Source: the human T2T-CHM13v2.0 reference genome, Homo sapiens
DNA length: 64,000 nucleotides
Direction: 5' to 3' (one strand)
NCBI RefSeq assembly: GCF_009914755.1
Contig: NC_060927.1
Shown: piece after piece, positions 42,651 through 57,418 of the stretch
Position numbering within the stretch: the first letter of the stretch is position 1
Layout: every line of letters begins with the position of its first letter
Notes under the pieces: model-generated
What the model saw: only the letters and a program-made list of their open reading frames with translations
The model's database searches: none
Told to the model about the DNA's origin: nothing
Position numbers and translations under genes: made by a program

Positions 42651-43313
42651 GCACCGTTTTTGTTTAACTTCTGCTTCTCTTTCTTATTTATTTATTTATC
42701 TTGGAATATTCTTCCTCAAGCTATGGGTAAATTGATTGTGTAGAAAGAAACAAGGCCATGTTCCAGGCTAGGAGAACTTTCCTTATGACCTGCAATGGAA
42801 CATATTCTTCAGTCCTATACTTCTCCCCTGCCAGTGGAGTGAAGCAGCTTTCTGAAGACTCAGTGTAGTCTCTCCCCACTACCCTGCCTCACTAATAGTT
42901 TCCTGCAATATGGATTTTCTCTGTGACATGATTTGTTCAGCACAAACTTCACTTTCAAAACCGACCATATTAAGGGAAGCTTCTGCACCTTCTCCTTTCA
43001 CCTTGCTTCCCTTGTTGCAATAAGGAATTCGGATTTTGAACTTCAAGAAGGACCTTTCAGTTTGAAAAAGAGTGCCCTTGTGCTCTCTGAGGTCTATAAG
43101 TTGTAGGTATCTTTGCTCCACTGTCCCCCTTGTTCCTCTTTGTTTTTGGCAGCCCATCCATGTATTTTGTGATTTTGTGTTTCTGTTGTTCTCTAAGATG
43201 AGTTTGCATTTCTAGTCCCCTCTCTTAGGGGGAAGGACAACTAGGGATTTCTAGAATGAAGTCATGCTGCCTTTTCTGGTTTTGTCAAACCAGAAGTACA
43301 GACAATTCTTTTA

Positions 43314-44092
43314 TTATTATTATTGTTTTTTATTATTATACTTTAAGTTCTAGGGTACATGTGCACAACGTGCAGGTTTGATACATAGGTATACATGTGC
43401 TATGTTTGTTTGCTGCACCCATCAACTCGTCATTTACATTAGGTATTTCTCCTAATGCTATCCCTCCCCCAGCCCCCCACCCCACGACAGGCCCTGGTGT
43501 GTGATGTTCCCCACCCTGTGTCAAGTGATCTTGTTGTTCAATTCCCACCTATGAGTGAGAACATGCGGTGTTTGGTTTTCTGTCCTTGTGATAGTTTGCT
43601 GAGAATGATGGTTTCCAGCTTCATCCATGGCCCTACAAAGGACATGAACTCATCCTTCTTATGGCTGCATAGTATTCCATGGTATATATGTGCCACATTT
43701 TCTTAATCCAGTCTATCATTGAGGACATTTGGATTGGTTCCAAGTCTTTGCTATTGTGAATAGTGCCACAATAAACATACGTGTGCATGTGTCTTTATAG
43801 TAGCATGATTTATAATCCTTTGGGTATATACCCAGTAATGGGATGGCTGGATCAAATGGTATTTCTAGCTCTATATCCTTGAGGGATTACCACACTGTCT
43901 TCCACAATGGTTGAAGTAATTTACACTCCCACCAACAGGGTCAAAGAGTTCCTATTTCTCCATATCCTCTCCAGCATCTGTTGTTTCCTGGCTCTTTAAT
44001 GATTGCCATTCTAACAGGCATGAGATGGTATTTCATTGTGGTTTCAATTTGCATTTCTCTGATGGTCAGTGATGATGAGCATTTTTCATGTG
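43314..44092 (-). mobile_element. 5'-truncated L1PA5-like LINE-1
   Basis: Reversed tail 'ttattatactttaagttctagggtacatgtgcacaacg'; perfect 16-bp TSD ACAGACAATTCTTTTA (43298-43313 / 44093-44108). Confidence 0.95.
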
Positions 44093-44440
44093 ACAGACAA
44101 TTCTTTTACAAGTTTAGCTGTGAAAAGGAATTGAACATGGCTTGTAGCTGGAGAAGAATGTGGGAGTCAATGGAGAGTTTTCGTTTAGATAAAGGATCCA
44201 AAGGTTATTGGTGTTGTTGGCTGATGAGAATATTGAGTGGAAAGGAAGTAATGATAATGGAAGAGAGAGAGAGGAGTTAGAGAAAGAATAAAGTCTTTGA
44301 GAATTTCACTTTTCCTCAGGTATAATAGGAGCAAAGATAGAGAAGATGGGGCTGATGCAGGTATGCTTATAGATCTGGTGGAAGGTACATGAACACCTTC
44401 CCATTTGATGACTGCCATACCTCATTAAAATATGAGCTGA

Positions 44441-45237
44441 ACAAAAGGAGACATACAAATGGCCAAAAAAAAGTATGAAAAAATGTTCCACATCACTAAT
44501 CATCAGAGAGATGCAAATCAAAACTGCAGTGAGATACCATCTCACACCATTCAGAATTGCTATTACTAAAAAATCAAAAAATAACAGATGCCAGGAAGGT
44601 TTCAGAGAAAATAGAGCTTATACACTATTGGTGGGAATGTAAACTAGTTTAGCCCCTGTGGAAAGCAGTTTGGAGATTTCTCAAAGAACTAACAATGGAA
44701 TTGCCATTTGGCCCAGCAATCTAATTACTGGGTATATACCCAAAAGAAAATAAATTGTTCTGCCAAAAAGACACATGCACTAATATGTTTCTTGCAGCAC
44801 TATTCACAATAGCAAAGACATGGAACCAACCCAAGTACCCATCAACGGTGGACTGCACAAAGAAAATGTGGTATATATATACCATGGAATACTACACACC
44901 CACAAAAAGGCAAACAAAATCTTGTTCTTTGCAGCAACATGGATGCAGCTGGAGGCCATTATCTTAAGTGAATAATTGCAGAAATAGAAAACCAAATACT
45001 GCATGTTCTCACTTATAAGTGGGAGCTGAACATTGGGTATACATGAACATAAAGATGGGAACAATAGACACTGGGGATTTCAAGAGGGAGGAGAGGAAAA
45101 CTACCTATTGGGTACTATGTTCACTATTTGAGTGATGGGATCAATAGAAGCCCAAACCTCATTATCATGCGGTACACCCATATAACAAACCTGCACATGC
45201 ACTCCTTGAATTTAAAAAAAAGTTTTAGTTAAAAAAA
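44441..45237 (+). mobile_element. 5'-truncated L1PB (PB3/PB4-like)
   Basis: 'ggaaagcagtttggagatttctcaaagaact', 'gatgggatcaatagaagcccaaacctc'; approximate TSD AAAATATGAGCTGA / AAAATATGTGAGCTGA. Confidence 0.88.
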
Positions 45238-45765
45238 TATGTGAGCTGAGGACACCAACCTAAAAGAAGGAGGAGAAAAGAGAAAAAGTCACAGAGAGAG
45301 AAGATGGTAGGAAACAGTAACCTTGGAAGATGTATAATTCCAAGAGACACATTGCTGGACATTTGAGTCTTGAAATCAACCTTTGTATACTTAATTGCTT
45401 TTATGTCGGAATAGTTTTTTTTCCAACTTTTAAAAGCTGGAATCCTTATGAAGATAACCTATATAGCAATGCCAATAAAAGCTTGACTGGTGGGAAAGTT
45501 TTTAACACAGAGAGGCAGATAGGAAGCATTCCTGGCAAGGGAAATGCAATGAACAAAAAAGCACAAAAACAGGATGCCATGGAGCATGGACAGGCATCAT
45601 GGAAAATATATTAAACCACACTTTAAACTCTTGGTCTTTATTGATTAAACCACCCTTTTCAAATGTGAAATTATCGTCTACCAGGCCACAACAAAACTAT
45701 TGTGGCAATATGAAATGCAGACATGTATAGAATTCTTGAGCTGTGATTGACGTCATGCTGACCAA

Positions 45766-45820
45766 ACACACACACACACACACACACACACAAACCAAAA
45801 AAAAAAAACAAAAAACAAAA
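45766..45820 (+). repeat. (AC)13 microsatellite followed by an A-rich run
   Basis: Read directly from the sequence. Confidence 0.95.
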
Positions 45821-45949
45821 GAATGCTTTATTGCCCATTGTTGTACTAATGGCACGCAAACACATCTACAATACAATTGGTGTTCAAAGCAATGTGACTA
45901 GAGCCATATGGTTACTCCTGCACTTACCATCCAAGGATCATTGCTTTCC

Positions 45950-46370
45950 CACTACTGTGTGACTTCTAAGCCTGAGTCATAAAAATTCACTGTTTCCACA
46001 TTGTTCATTGGAACACTCAAATTTTGATCCCTGAGTCCACCTATCTTGATGACATTATGCTGTGAGGAATTCAGACCACACAGAGATGCCACTCCTGCTG
46101 TAGTCCTAGTTTTTGAGTCATTCCTGCCTAAGAACCAAACATGCAAGTAAGCAAGCCTTCAAATAATTCCAACCACCATCCATTAAGTCACTTTCAGCCT
46201 TATAGTCCTCCCAGCTAAGGCCCTAGTCATTCTGGACCAGAGACAATTTATTGCCATTAAGACCTATTTGAATTCCTCACCCATAGAATCCAAGGGCACA
46301 AAAAAAGAAAAAGTTGTTTTAAGCTGTTAAATTTTGTAGTAATTTCTTATGCAGAAATAGTAACTAGCAT
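45950..46370 (+). mobile_element. MLT1-family LTR fragment
   Basis: 'ctgtgtgacttctaagcctgagtcataaaa', 'gaattcctcacccatagaatc', 'ttatgcagaaatagtaactagca'. Confidence 0.65.
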
Positions 46371-46454
46371 AGTAATATTTTAAACAAGCAAGTGATACAC
46401 ATACAGCAGTAAGATATCTTTAATTAAGCCACCATTATGTGTAAAATTGCCGTG

Positions 46455-46747
46455 TTTTTGTTTTTGTTTTGAGACAGGGTCTGACTGTTGCCCAGGCTGG
46501 AGTGCTGGAGTGCAGTGGCGCGATCTCGTCTCACTGCAACCTTGACCTCCCTGGCTCAAGAGATCCTCCCACCTCAGCCCCCTGAGTAGCACATGCCACT
46601 GTGCCTGGCTAATTTTTTTTTTTTTCCCTAGAGACGGGGTTTCACCATGCTGCCCAAGCTGGTCTCCAATGCCAGAGCTCCAGGGATCTGCTCATTGTGG
46701 CCTCCCAAAGTGCTGGGATTACAGGTGTTAGCCATGTGTGCCTGACC
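46455..46747 (-). mobile_element. AluJ SINE
   Basis: Reverse dimer, 'ctcaagagatcctcccacctcagcc', (TTTTTG)n tail. Confidence 0.9.
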
Positions 46748-49255
46748 TGTGGTGGGATTTTTAAAATAAGCAAGACACCGAATCCTTACTTTTAGACTCT
46801 GAAAAAGACACTTTATAAGAACTGTACAAGACAAGTGGACATGGCAGTGTTATTAGCAACAGAATGATTATAGACACTCTTTCCAAAAGACAGTGTTTTT
46901 AGATTGGAATTTGTCAGAAGTGAAGGAAAGGTTGTAAAAGTCAGGAAATGTAAAGCTGCTTTTCTCATTTAGGAGAAAACAGTGAAGCTGGGTGCCCTTC
47001 TCATCTCTCACCAAACAAATGTACTTCCTTTGTGAGGTTGGCAGTGAAAAGACTAACTGGTCTATAAATTATTGAAATGGCATCTGGTTAGATGTTGATA
47101 TGGTCATTTAAAATTAAAATGTGTTGTATTAGCAAGTGCATGTTTATGGAAGAATTAGGCACTCACATATCAGAGAAAATGAATTCATAAACATGATCAT
47201 AAATCTTCTAACTTATCAATTGATACTTTGCTCTCTTTCAGATATTTCCTAAGCTCTGCTTCCATCTTTTATTTAGGGATACAAAATGTCTTGACATTAA
47301 AACCAGATAAGAAAATATATACAATTATATATACAATTAGAATTATTATATGCTAAAACATGTATTTGTTCAAAGACAAGACAGAAAGAATAGCCATCAC
47401 TTGGGAGTCATTAGATTGATACAGAAAAGGCATTATCTTGGATCTGGAACAATATACAAGATAAATGCTCACACAGTTATCACTGGGAGTGGAATTCGGG
47501 CAGAGGAGGAATTACTCACTTTCTGCATCATGAACATCTGTAGTGTTCCATTTTTTACAAAAATAATGTGTTGCTTTTTGGATGCCAATTCAAACAAATT
47601 AACGTTTATAAAATACTCAAGGAAATCTGAACACTAACTGGATATTAAATAAGAAAATGGTGTTGTGATTATACTTTTTAAGGGTCTTATATTTTAAAGA
47701 GATACTGAAATATTTTCAGATGAAATATTTTAATATGTCTGGGATTTCCTTTCTAATAATCCAAGGGGTGGGAGGAATGGGTAGAGAGTTAGAAAAAATA
47801 AGATAGATCATGTACGAATAACTGTGAGGCTGAGTGTTGAGTAAATAAATGTCTCCACTTTCCTATGTGTGTGAAATTCACCATGACACAGTGTTAGAAA
47901 CATAAATTGCTTTTATAGTCAAAAGTAAATGTATATGTTTAAATAATATGTTCTCCCAATAAACAGATCCATCATAAACGATACTATAAGTGACATTTAA
48001 TGATCATGAAAGATGTTGATATATTGTCAAGGGATACAAACAAAAATGTTAAAATACATATATGCTTAAACACACACATAATATATGTAATATATATAAT
48101 TGTACAATAAACGTAATATAACATAATAATAAACTTATATGAATGCATTTATGAATGCATTTATACATAAAGATAGGGCTAGAAAGAAATAGACCAAAAC
48201 ATTATTGATCATCTCATGCTACTGGTATTAGAGGTAATTATTTTGTTCTTCTTTTTGTAATTAAAAAAAGGATCATTTAAAGTTATACAGAATAAATAAT
48301 AATCTCAAAAAAGAAACTGAAGAAACATTTTGTTAAGTACTTTTGTGGCTTTTTTATTTTATACATAGTTTTTTCCTTTTCAAAAGCTGGAAAACTTAGA
48401 GTTTTAGAATATATATGATGTACATACATTGCTACTCAGCATACTATGCTTCCAGCTATTCCTAAAACAGTGCAAGAAATGATTTTAAACTACAACTGTC
48501 TGCCGTGATTACTCCTGGAGATAGGATCACAAGGACATTTAACAGATATTTTTCATCTAATAACATTTCTGATTTCAACTCCAGAAGAAAGACAGCAATT
48601 TTATTCAGAAATAGAAATAATCATAAGCTGGAAAATTTATTCTGATTTATGTTCTTTAGTTTTGAGATTCAGAGATAGAAATGCAACCAAGAGCCCACTA
48701 TTTTCGGAATTGGCTAAACTGAAAATTAAGGCATAGACTTACTAGTCAATTTGGGTAAATACCATCAAATGCTACAGATACAGAAGTTTCTGGTTTGGGG
48801 TTAGGAAAGGTAGTCAAGGATTTTTCCAAACCTCTCCATCAAACAATAGTGACAAGGCCTATTTATTCTTCCCTGCAGCTCCCAAAATTAATTGGCTGCA
48901 CCTTTTAAAATATCCCAAATCAGTTCTTAATAGACAAATTGATGTCTCTGTGAGGTAAACTTTTGTTTACAATACTCTGTGAACATGAAACTAAAGCATC
49001 AAAGCAAGAATTTCTGATAACGTTATTCATAAAATTAAACTGACTAAACCAAGTTCCAAATGACAAATTTACATTCAAATGAGTTTAAGGGTATTTTTTC
49101 TCCTATGTTCCATCAGTTAGTTTTGTGAATGTAGATGCTTCCTGCACATGATGCTTGACATTGTGTGGGACAAAAAGTCTAAGAAAACATATTTGACTGA
49201 TATGTTAATTTTTTACTGGTATGTTAATAGTCATTATACTTCAGCCATATACTTC

Positions 49256-49769
49256 TGTAACACAGATCCTTATGTCCTGGTATCCATGCCCTTGTAAAAT
49301 CCCCTCCCTTTGAATGTTGGTGGGAACTGTGGCTTGCTTTTAGCCAATAGTGATGGTGAGTCACTTGAATGATTACGTTTCATAGAATTGTGACCTCCAT
49401 CTTACAAGAAGACTCTCTCCCTTGCTGGCTCTGATGAAGCACGTGACCAGATTCAGAGGCCTATGGTGCAAGACACTAAGGACAGCCTCTGGGAACTGGC
49501 GGTGACCTCGAGCCAACAGCAAAAATTGGGAACCCTTTACCTTATAAACTCAAGGAACTAAATTCTGTCAACCACCACGTGAGGTTAGAAGGAGATACTT
49601 CCCCATTCAAGTCTTCAGATAACAACCCAACCCTGTCTGATACCTTGATTTCATCCTTGCAGAGAACTAGCTAAGCCATGACCACAGAAACTGTGAGATA
49701 ATAAATGTGTGCTGTCTTAAGCCACTAAGTTTGTGAAAATATTGTTTTGTAGCGAATCATATTAATACA
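49256..49769 (+). mobile_element. MLT1E/F-like solo LTR
   Basis: 'cccttgtaaaatcccctccctttgaatg', 'caaggaactaaattctgtcaaccaccacgtgag', 'cacagaaactgtgagataataaatgtgtgctgtcttaagccactaagtttg'. Confidence 0.8.
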
Positions 49770-50164
49770 GCTTTATTTTCACAATTGGACAAAACTTAAT
49801 TCTGTCATATTTCATAAAGTAGAGCAACTTTTAGCTCCAAATATAACCAAAAAAAGTTAAACATTGGACTAAAAAGAGTTAGTCCAATTAATAAAGTTGT
49901 GATTTCTCTCTAAATAAGCTGCACTTTTATATTCAAAATACCAGCTGTGGTAATTTTATGATGTAAGCTATTTTCCATAATATAGTTTTCTGTTTTAAAA
50001 TATACAAGGTTAAATTAGATCTGAAGTAAATACTAATAAGAGAGACACACAAACTGATCTAATTTTATTTTCTAATTCTCTTTTTGCCATGACTTCCAAG
50101 CCTGCAGAAATTTTACTCCTCTGTTTCAGAACCACAGAGTATATTAGAAGAGGTAAGAAAGAAA

Positions 50165-50420
50165 ACTATTATTTACCCTGTGCCTGCTATATTTCAAACC
50201 CTGGACTAGATACTTGACATACATTCTCTTGTTTAATTTTTATAACCACTCTGCAATGTAGGCATTAGTTCTAGCATTTTACTGTTAAAGAAACTGAGGC
50301 TCAGAAATCTGACATTACATACTTAAGATATCACAAGTAGCAAGTGGCTGAATGCTAAGTGAGGGTTCACACCCAGAAGATATGTGTCTCCCAGTTCCAT
50401 GCTTTTCCCATTCTACCACT
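50165..50420 (-). mobile_element. MIR SINE
   Basis: 'catttttactgttaaagaaactgaggctcagaa...cacaagtagcaagtggc'. Confidence 0.7.
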
Positions 50421-50714
50421 TTAGAAACCAGAACGTTACAAAACAAGTGCTGAATATTGCCAAATTCTCTGCAAGTAACCCCAAGTTGCACTAAGGAAAG
50501 CTATTTATAAGATATTCCTAGTCCCACAATAGGTTGGTGTTAGTTGAACATTACTGAGTGGGGTGAGCTGTAAAAAACAATCCTGGATGTGTATAAGAAA
50601 TAAAGCATCCTTTCCTTAAACGGTTCATATTCTAATGGGTTTAAGGTCATCTGGGAGGGGCAGGTAAGATGATGAACACAAGAAAAACAAGTACAGTAGA
50701 AAAACAAGTACCAA

Positions 50715-50840
50715 CAATATCGGTATCACCTGAGAGCTTGTTGGAGATGCAGAATCTCAGGCCCCATTCAGACCACTTGAATCAGAATCTGCATTAGCAA
50801 GATTCCCAGGTGGTGCATATTAAAGTTGGAAAAGCACTAC
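50715..50840. mobile_element. MER5A hAT MITE
   Basis: 'atcacctgagagcttgttggagatgcagaatctcaggcccc...gaatcagaatctgcattagcaagattcccaggtg'. Confidence 0.8.
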
Positions 50841-52173
50841 AGTTGAGAGAGTAAGAAATTCTTCTCTATAGGATTAAATCTCTTAAAAAGAAAGGAGATA
50901 TTTTTAATTTAAATTTTAAATAAAAAAGGATGTTAACTTCTGCAGAATATTAGAATTTTCACATTCAGCTCTTTAAAGTTACCCTTAGAGATGAGTTCAT
51001 ACCTGTAATTTCTCACCAGTTACCTTTAAATGAAATCCTATTCCTTGCACATCTGTACCAAATTATATCCTAATATCCATAGCATGTATGTTCTGTATTT
51101 TATTGTTCAGATTGACAATAACAACTATATCACCCAGAAGGCAACTTTTATATACCTCCAAAAGTTCTTAGCTTATGGATTACTAAAGCAACCTGATCAA
51201 AATATTTATGATATACCTAAGAGATCTAAAGAAATAATTCCTGAAAAAAGCAAGAAATACAATGTTGTTTGCTGGTCACCTAACCAAAACAGCTTAAAGT
51301 TTCCCCACTTTGAAGTGAAGGCACTTAGAACAACTGCCAAGTTAATAACTACAATCAGTGTCCCATCTTCATTTTTTAACCTAAATTGATATGCAAAACA
51401 CATAGCTGAATTCCATCAGACTGGAAATGATCCTGATGGAAGACAACATTCGTCATGAAATTTTAACCAGAAGTTCTATTAATTACACTTCTAAAAACGA
51501 ACTCTTGACAGCTTGACTAAAAGTTTTCATGTTACATGTTGCGATACTCCTTCCTTTGCTATTTCCTATTTTATTATCAAGGGAACATTTTTTAATCACT
51601 GTTTGCTACGGAGGGCATTTGAGGTTAAAAGTTACATTTCCAAGGACTTATTTTAAATCCTTTCATGACATTTGGTATTTTCAAAGGATATATGTAACAA
51701 AGTGTCAAAGTAAGAATAAAGCACAAATTCTTGAATTCCAAAAAAAATCTATAAATATTCTGCTATCACTTCTGTCTAAATTATTTAAGACCTTTCAGCA
51801 GTAAAGCTTCAATGTACACATTATCTCTAACAAACAGAATTTAGTTTAAGCCTCGTAATTGTCTAATGTTTTTTAATAAAGGTTCACATTATTAAATATA
51901 AATGACATGAATAAAAGAGAACTTTTTGTGTTTTTCTTTACATAAATTAAAATTTTAATCCAAACTCCCACAACCAAAAATGAAAGCTTTTTTTCTTTCT
52001 TTTTAAAACATCTTCAAATTTAATAAATTTGTGTTGTATTTTATGTGGCAAATAAAAAATTTTAAAGACTTACTGAAAAGTTTATCATTCAAAGAAACTA
52101 TTGTATTGCTTCTCAGCACTTTGCCTAAGATCAAGTGCAAAGACAGCTATTTTTCTACTGTATTTCCATCCAG

Positions 52174-52175
<2 letters not shown>

Positions 52176-52225
<50 letters not shown>
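52176..52225. repeat. (AT)25 microsatellite
   Basis: Perfect run read directly. Confidence 0.97.
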
Positions 52226-52228
<3 letters not shown>

Positions 52229-52788
52229 CAGTAAGTCTTCACTTAACACTGTCAGTAGGTTCCTGGAGACTGCAGCTTTAAGTGAAACAACATATAATGA
52301 AATCAATTTTACCACAGGTTAATTGATATAAGCAAGAGTTAAGTTCCTATGGCATATTTCTGGTCACAAAAACATCACAAAACTTCTCAATAAAGACCAA
52401 AACACTTACAATGTTCAATATTGAAATAAATGTGAGCTATCATACACTTAAGAAAGATTAATTTTTAAAAGTAAGTTAATTATTTACTCAGTTATTCCAG
52501 CTCGGGGTCACAGGTGGCCAGAGCCTATCTCTGCAGCTCAGGGTTAAGGTGGGCACCCACCCTGGACAGAATGGCATTCCACTGTAGGATGCACTCACAC
52601 TGGGACAATTCAGACACTCAAATTCCCCAACCCTGCACACCTTTGGGGTGTCGGAGAAAGCTGGAGTACCCAGAAAAACACCATGCAGGCATGGAGAGAA
52701 CGTGTAAATCCTACACAGTGGTCCCAGCCAGGAACTGATTTTTTTCTCATCAGTGTTATAACAAGAAGTCATAATTGAGGATCCTCTG
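52229..52788 (+). mobile_element. Tigger3 (Tc1/mariner-pogo) non-autonomous element, Tigger3c-like
   Basis: Ends CAGTAAGTCTTCACTTAAC ... ATAATTGAGGATCCTCTG|TA; internal 'ttattccagctcggggtcacaggtggccagagcctatc'. Confidence 0.8.
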
Positions 52789-52912
52789 TATGTGGTTATG
52801 TTTATTTATATATTATTTACCCTGTGCCTGCTATATTTCAAACCCTGGACTAGATACCTAGATACTTGACATCTCTTGTTGGAGACTGCAGCTTTAAGTG
52901 AAACGACCTAAA

Positions 52913-53042
52913 TGTATGTGTGTGTGTGTGTGTGTGTATGTGTATATATATATACACATACACACACACATATATACGTATATATACGTATATATATACA
53001 CGTATATACGTATATATATATATATATATGGAGAGAGAGAGT
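52913..53042. repeat. Compound (TG)n/(TA)n/(CA)n/(TATACG)n/(GA)n microsatellite
   Basis: Read directly; about 120 bp of mostly alternating purine-pyrimidine. Confidence 0.95.
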
Positions 53043-55609
53043 CTTGTTACAAAAGTAATGCATATTTATTACACAAAACCCAAAACATTATAAGAAAATG
53101 TTTAAAAATTCCTCATAATCCCACTTCAAAAGACAATCATCATTTATAATTTTTCTATTATTTTATTACACATTTCTATATTTTAATTATATATTCATTC
53201 ATTAAGTGCCTACCATGTATCAGGTGCACTTCTAGATACAATAAAATTATGATGCAGAAAAATCACAAAAACTCCTTCCTCCATGGGACTTATATGCTAA
53301 TGAAATAAATGAATACAATAATCCAATAAATAAATAAACTGTATAGCATGTTAGATGGTATTAGGTGCTACAGACAAAAATAAAGCAGAAAAAGAGGCCT
53401 GCAATTTAAATTTTTGATGTTTTGAAATCTGATTTTTTCCATACTTAACCTTATAATATAATCATTTCTATGTAATTCACATAAAGTCAAATTTCATCAT
53501 GTAACTAGCTATATCATGGTTTACTCAACTATTCACTTATTACTAAACATTTGCATTGATTCTAAATTTTGATTGTTTTAAATAGCCTGTAATTGCCTTT
53601 TACTGTTTGATGTATGAATGTCTCCTCCTCCTAGCTAGTTTTTGACTAACTCAAATACAAGGATGAAGACACCTTCAATCTTTATGTCTCAAGTGTGACC
53701 CCCTATTCAATTTCCTATCTCATCTACACTTAGTGAATGCTTTCTGAATGAACAAACACACAGCCTAATGATAAATTACAAATTAATTATAGAATTATAA
53801 GTCTACAGGGGACATTAAAACAACATTGAGAGCAGCCAGCCCATTGCTCCAGATGAAGCAAGGCTCACTGGAATGGTAGAACTCGAGCATGCCATGCTTT
53901 CATAAAATTCTACAGAGATGGAAAGCTTTTGACCTTCTAGTCATTATATCATCACTGAATAAAGAGAAGAAATTCTATTTGAAACAACTAAGGACAATTC
54001 AAGTGGCTTATGAAAGTTCTTTAATGAGTAAATGTCCCACCTATAAAACATATATCCTATGTTAAATTAATGAAAAGCCTACAATGGGACAGGCAGCAGT
54101 ATGTGGGGAGAAGAAAGGTAAAAGGATCTCCAGACCTTCCTATATAGAAACCTCTTTATGGTATGCTTGATTCTCATGCGTCAGAGATAAGTTTCCTGTA
54201 TTGCTGCCTGAAAGCAATAAGGGGTACCAGATCTCTGTTGAATAGCCGTGGTGTGCCAGGCACTCCAGTAGACACTAGGACATGTAATGGTTTGTCATGA
54301 AGTTTAGAAACTAGAAATGAGAAAGGGAGACAAACAACCACAATGTAAACAACTAAATGACTGAAAACTGTCATAAGTGCTATCACAAAAATAAACAAGG
54401 CTCTGAGAGTTATTTAGTGGGGACCGGTGACTACTTAAAGTAAGAAGGCATTTCTAGTGAAAACACATTAGACCTGAGACCTGAAAGATAAGAAAAAAAA
54501 TCAACCATACAAAGAAAAAGGAACAGGTAAGGAGTGGCAGGAGGAAGAATAATGTTCCAGATAGAGACCACAGCATGCGCTTTGCTGTGAAGAAGCCAGT
54601 TTAACTTCAAAATGCTCCCCACTATCCTTTTTCATTTTCACAACCCAGGTGCTCCCATCCTGGCTTCCTGCCTCAGCCTCTCTTCAATAGCCTCGTTCCC
54701 AATTAAATTTTAACTTGTATTTCAGTGCCACAGCATACTGCTGTCTATCAAAAGCATTTATTTTGATGTGCTCAGATGAAATTAAGTCACATGTTATACA
54801 ATATTTTGCACATTTTAATTTTTGTCTATAATAGCAATCATACTTGCATGTGTGTGTATGCCTGTGTGTAGACCTATCTGAAAAAAAAACTCAGCAATAT
54901 TTCCAAAGTCCAACTAGGGGTAATATTTATGTGTTTACATTCAGCCAAAGAATACCCAAGCATTCAATGATCACACAAAAATGCCACCTTAATTTGTAAA
55001 TGCTGATAGTTTCCAGAAAATCAAGATTCTACCTGTTTTTAAGTTACATTGTTATTTATCTACTCGTAAAACTTATTTTACAACAAATAAGGCCTTTTGA
55101 TATTTTCTTGATGTAGAGAAAGATCCTCACAGTTTTTTTAAATTGTTGAACTCATTCATGTTTATTGAATAAGATCAATGACTTAATTATCACAAAGTGA
55201 TGTGTAAAACCAACCAGCTGTGGCAAAAATAACTCACAAATTAAGTGAACAAACACAATATTTGCCCATAATAAACATTCAACCTTTGCCAGTCCTTGAA
55301 TTATTACAGTGAAACTTTCAACTTAATAGGAAATCTGTGAACAGTTTAGGAAACATAAATTCAACAAAACAAATGCTGAATGTTGGTTCAACCTTAGTAT
55401 TGTGGTAAACACTACAGAAATATTTACTTTTTTGTCAATGGAAGCAAAGCTTAATGTTCACTTCATTGTGATCTTTAAGTTCTCAAAAGCTCTAGGGTCC
55501 ATATTTCTCTCCAGATTTCTATTACTGGAGATTGTAACCTCTAATCTCAATTTAACTTTTATCCTTTTTATTAAATATTAATTATATAGAAAGGAATAAT
55601 TATAAAATA

Positions 55610-57418
<1,809 letters not shown>

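Noticed and set aside
49863-49888. 10-bp inverted repeat ATTGGACTAA-N6-TTAGTCCAAT
   Set aside because: Isolated, with no associated junction or feature; a few such stems are expected by chance in AT-rich DNA
51030-51804. ORFs of 65-119 aa in unique AT-rich DNA
   Set aside because: Composition typical of random non-coding translation; no domain recognised
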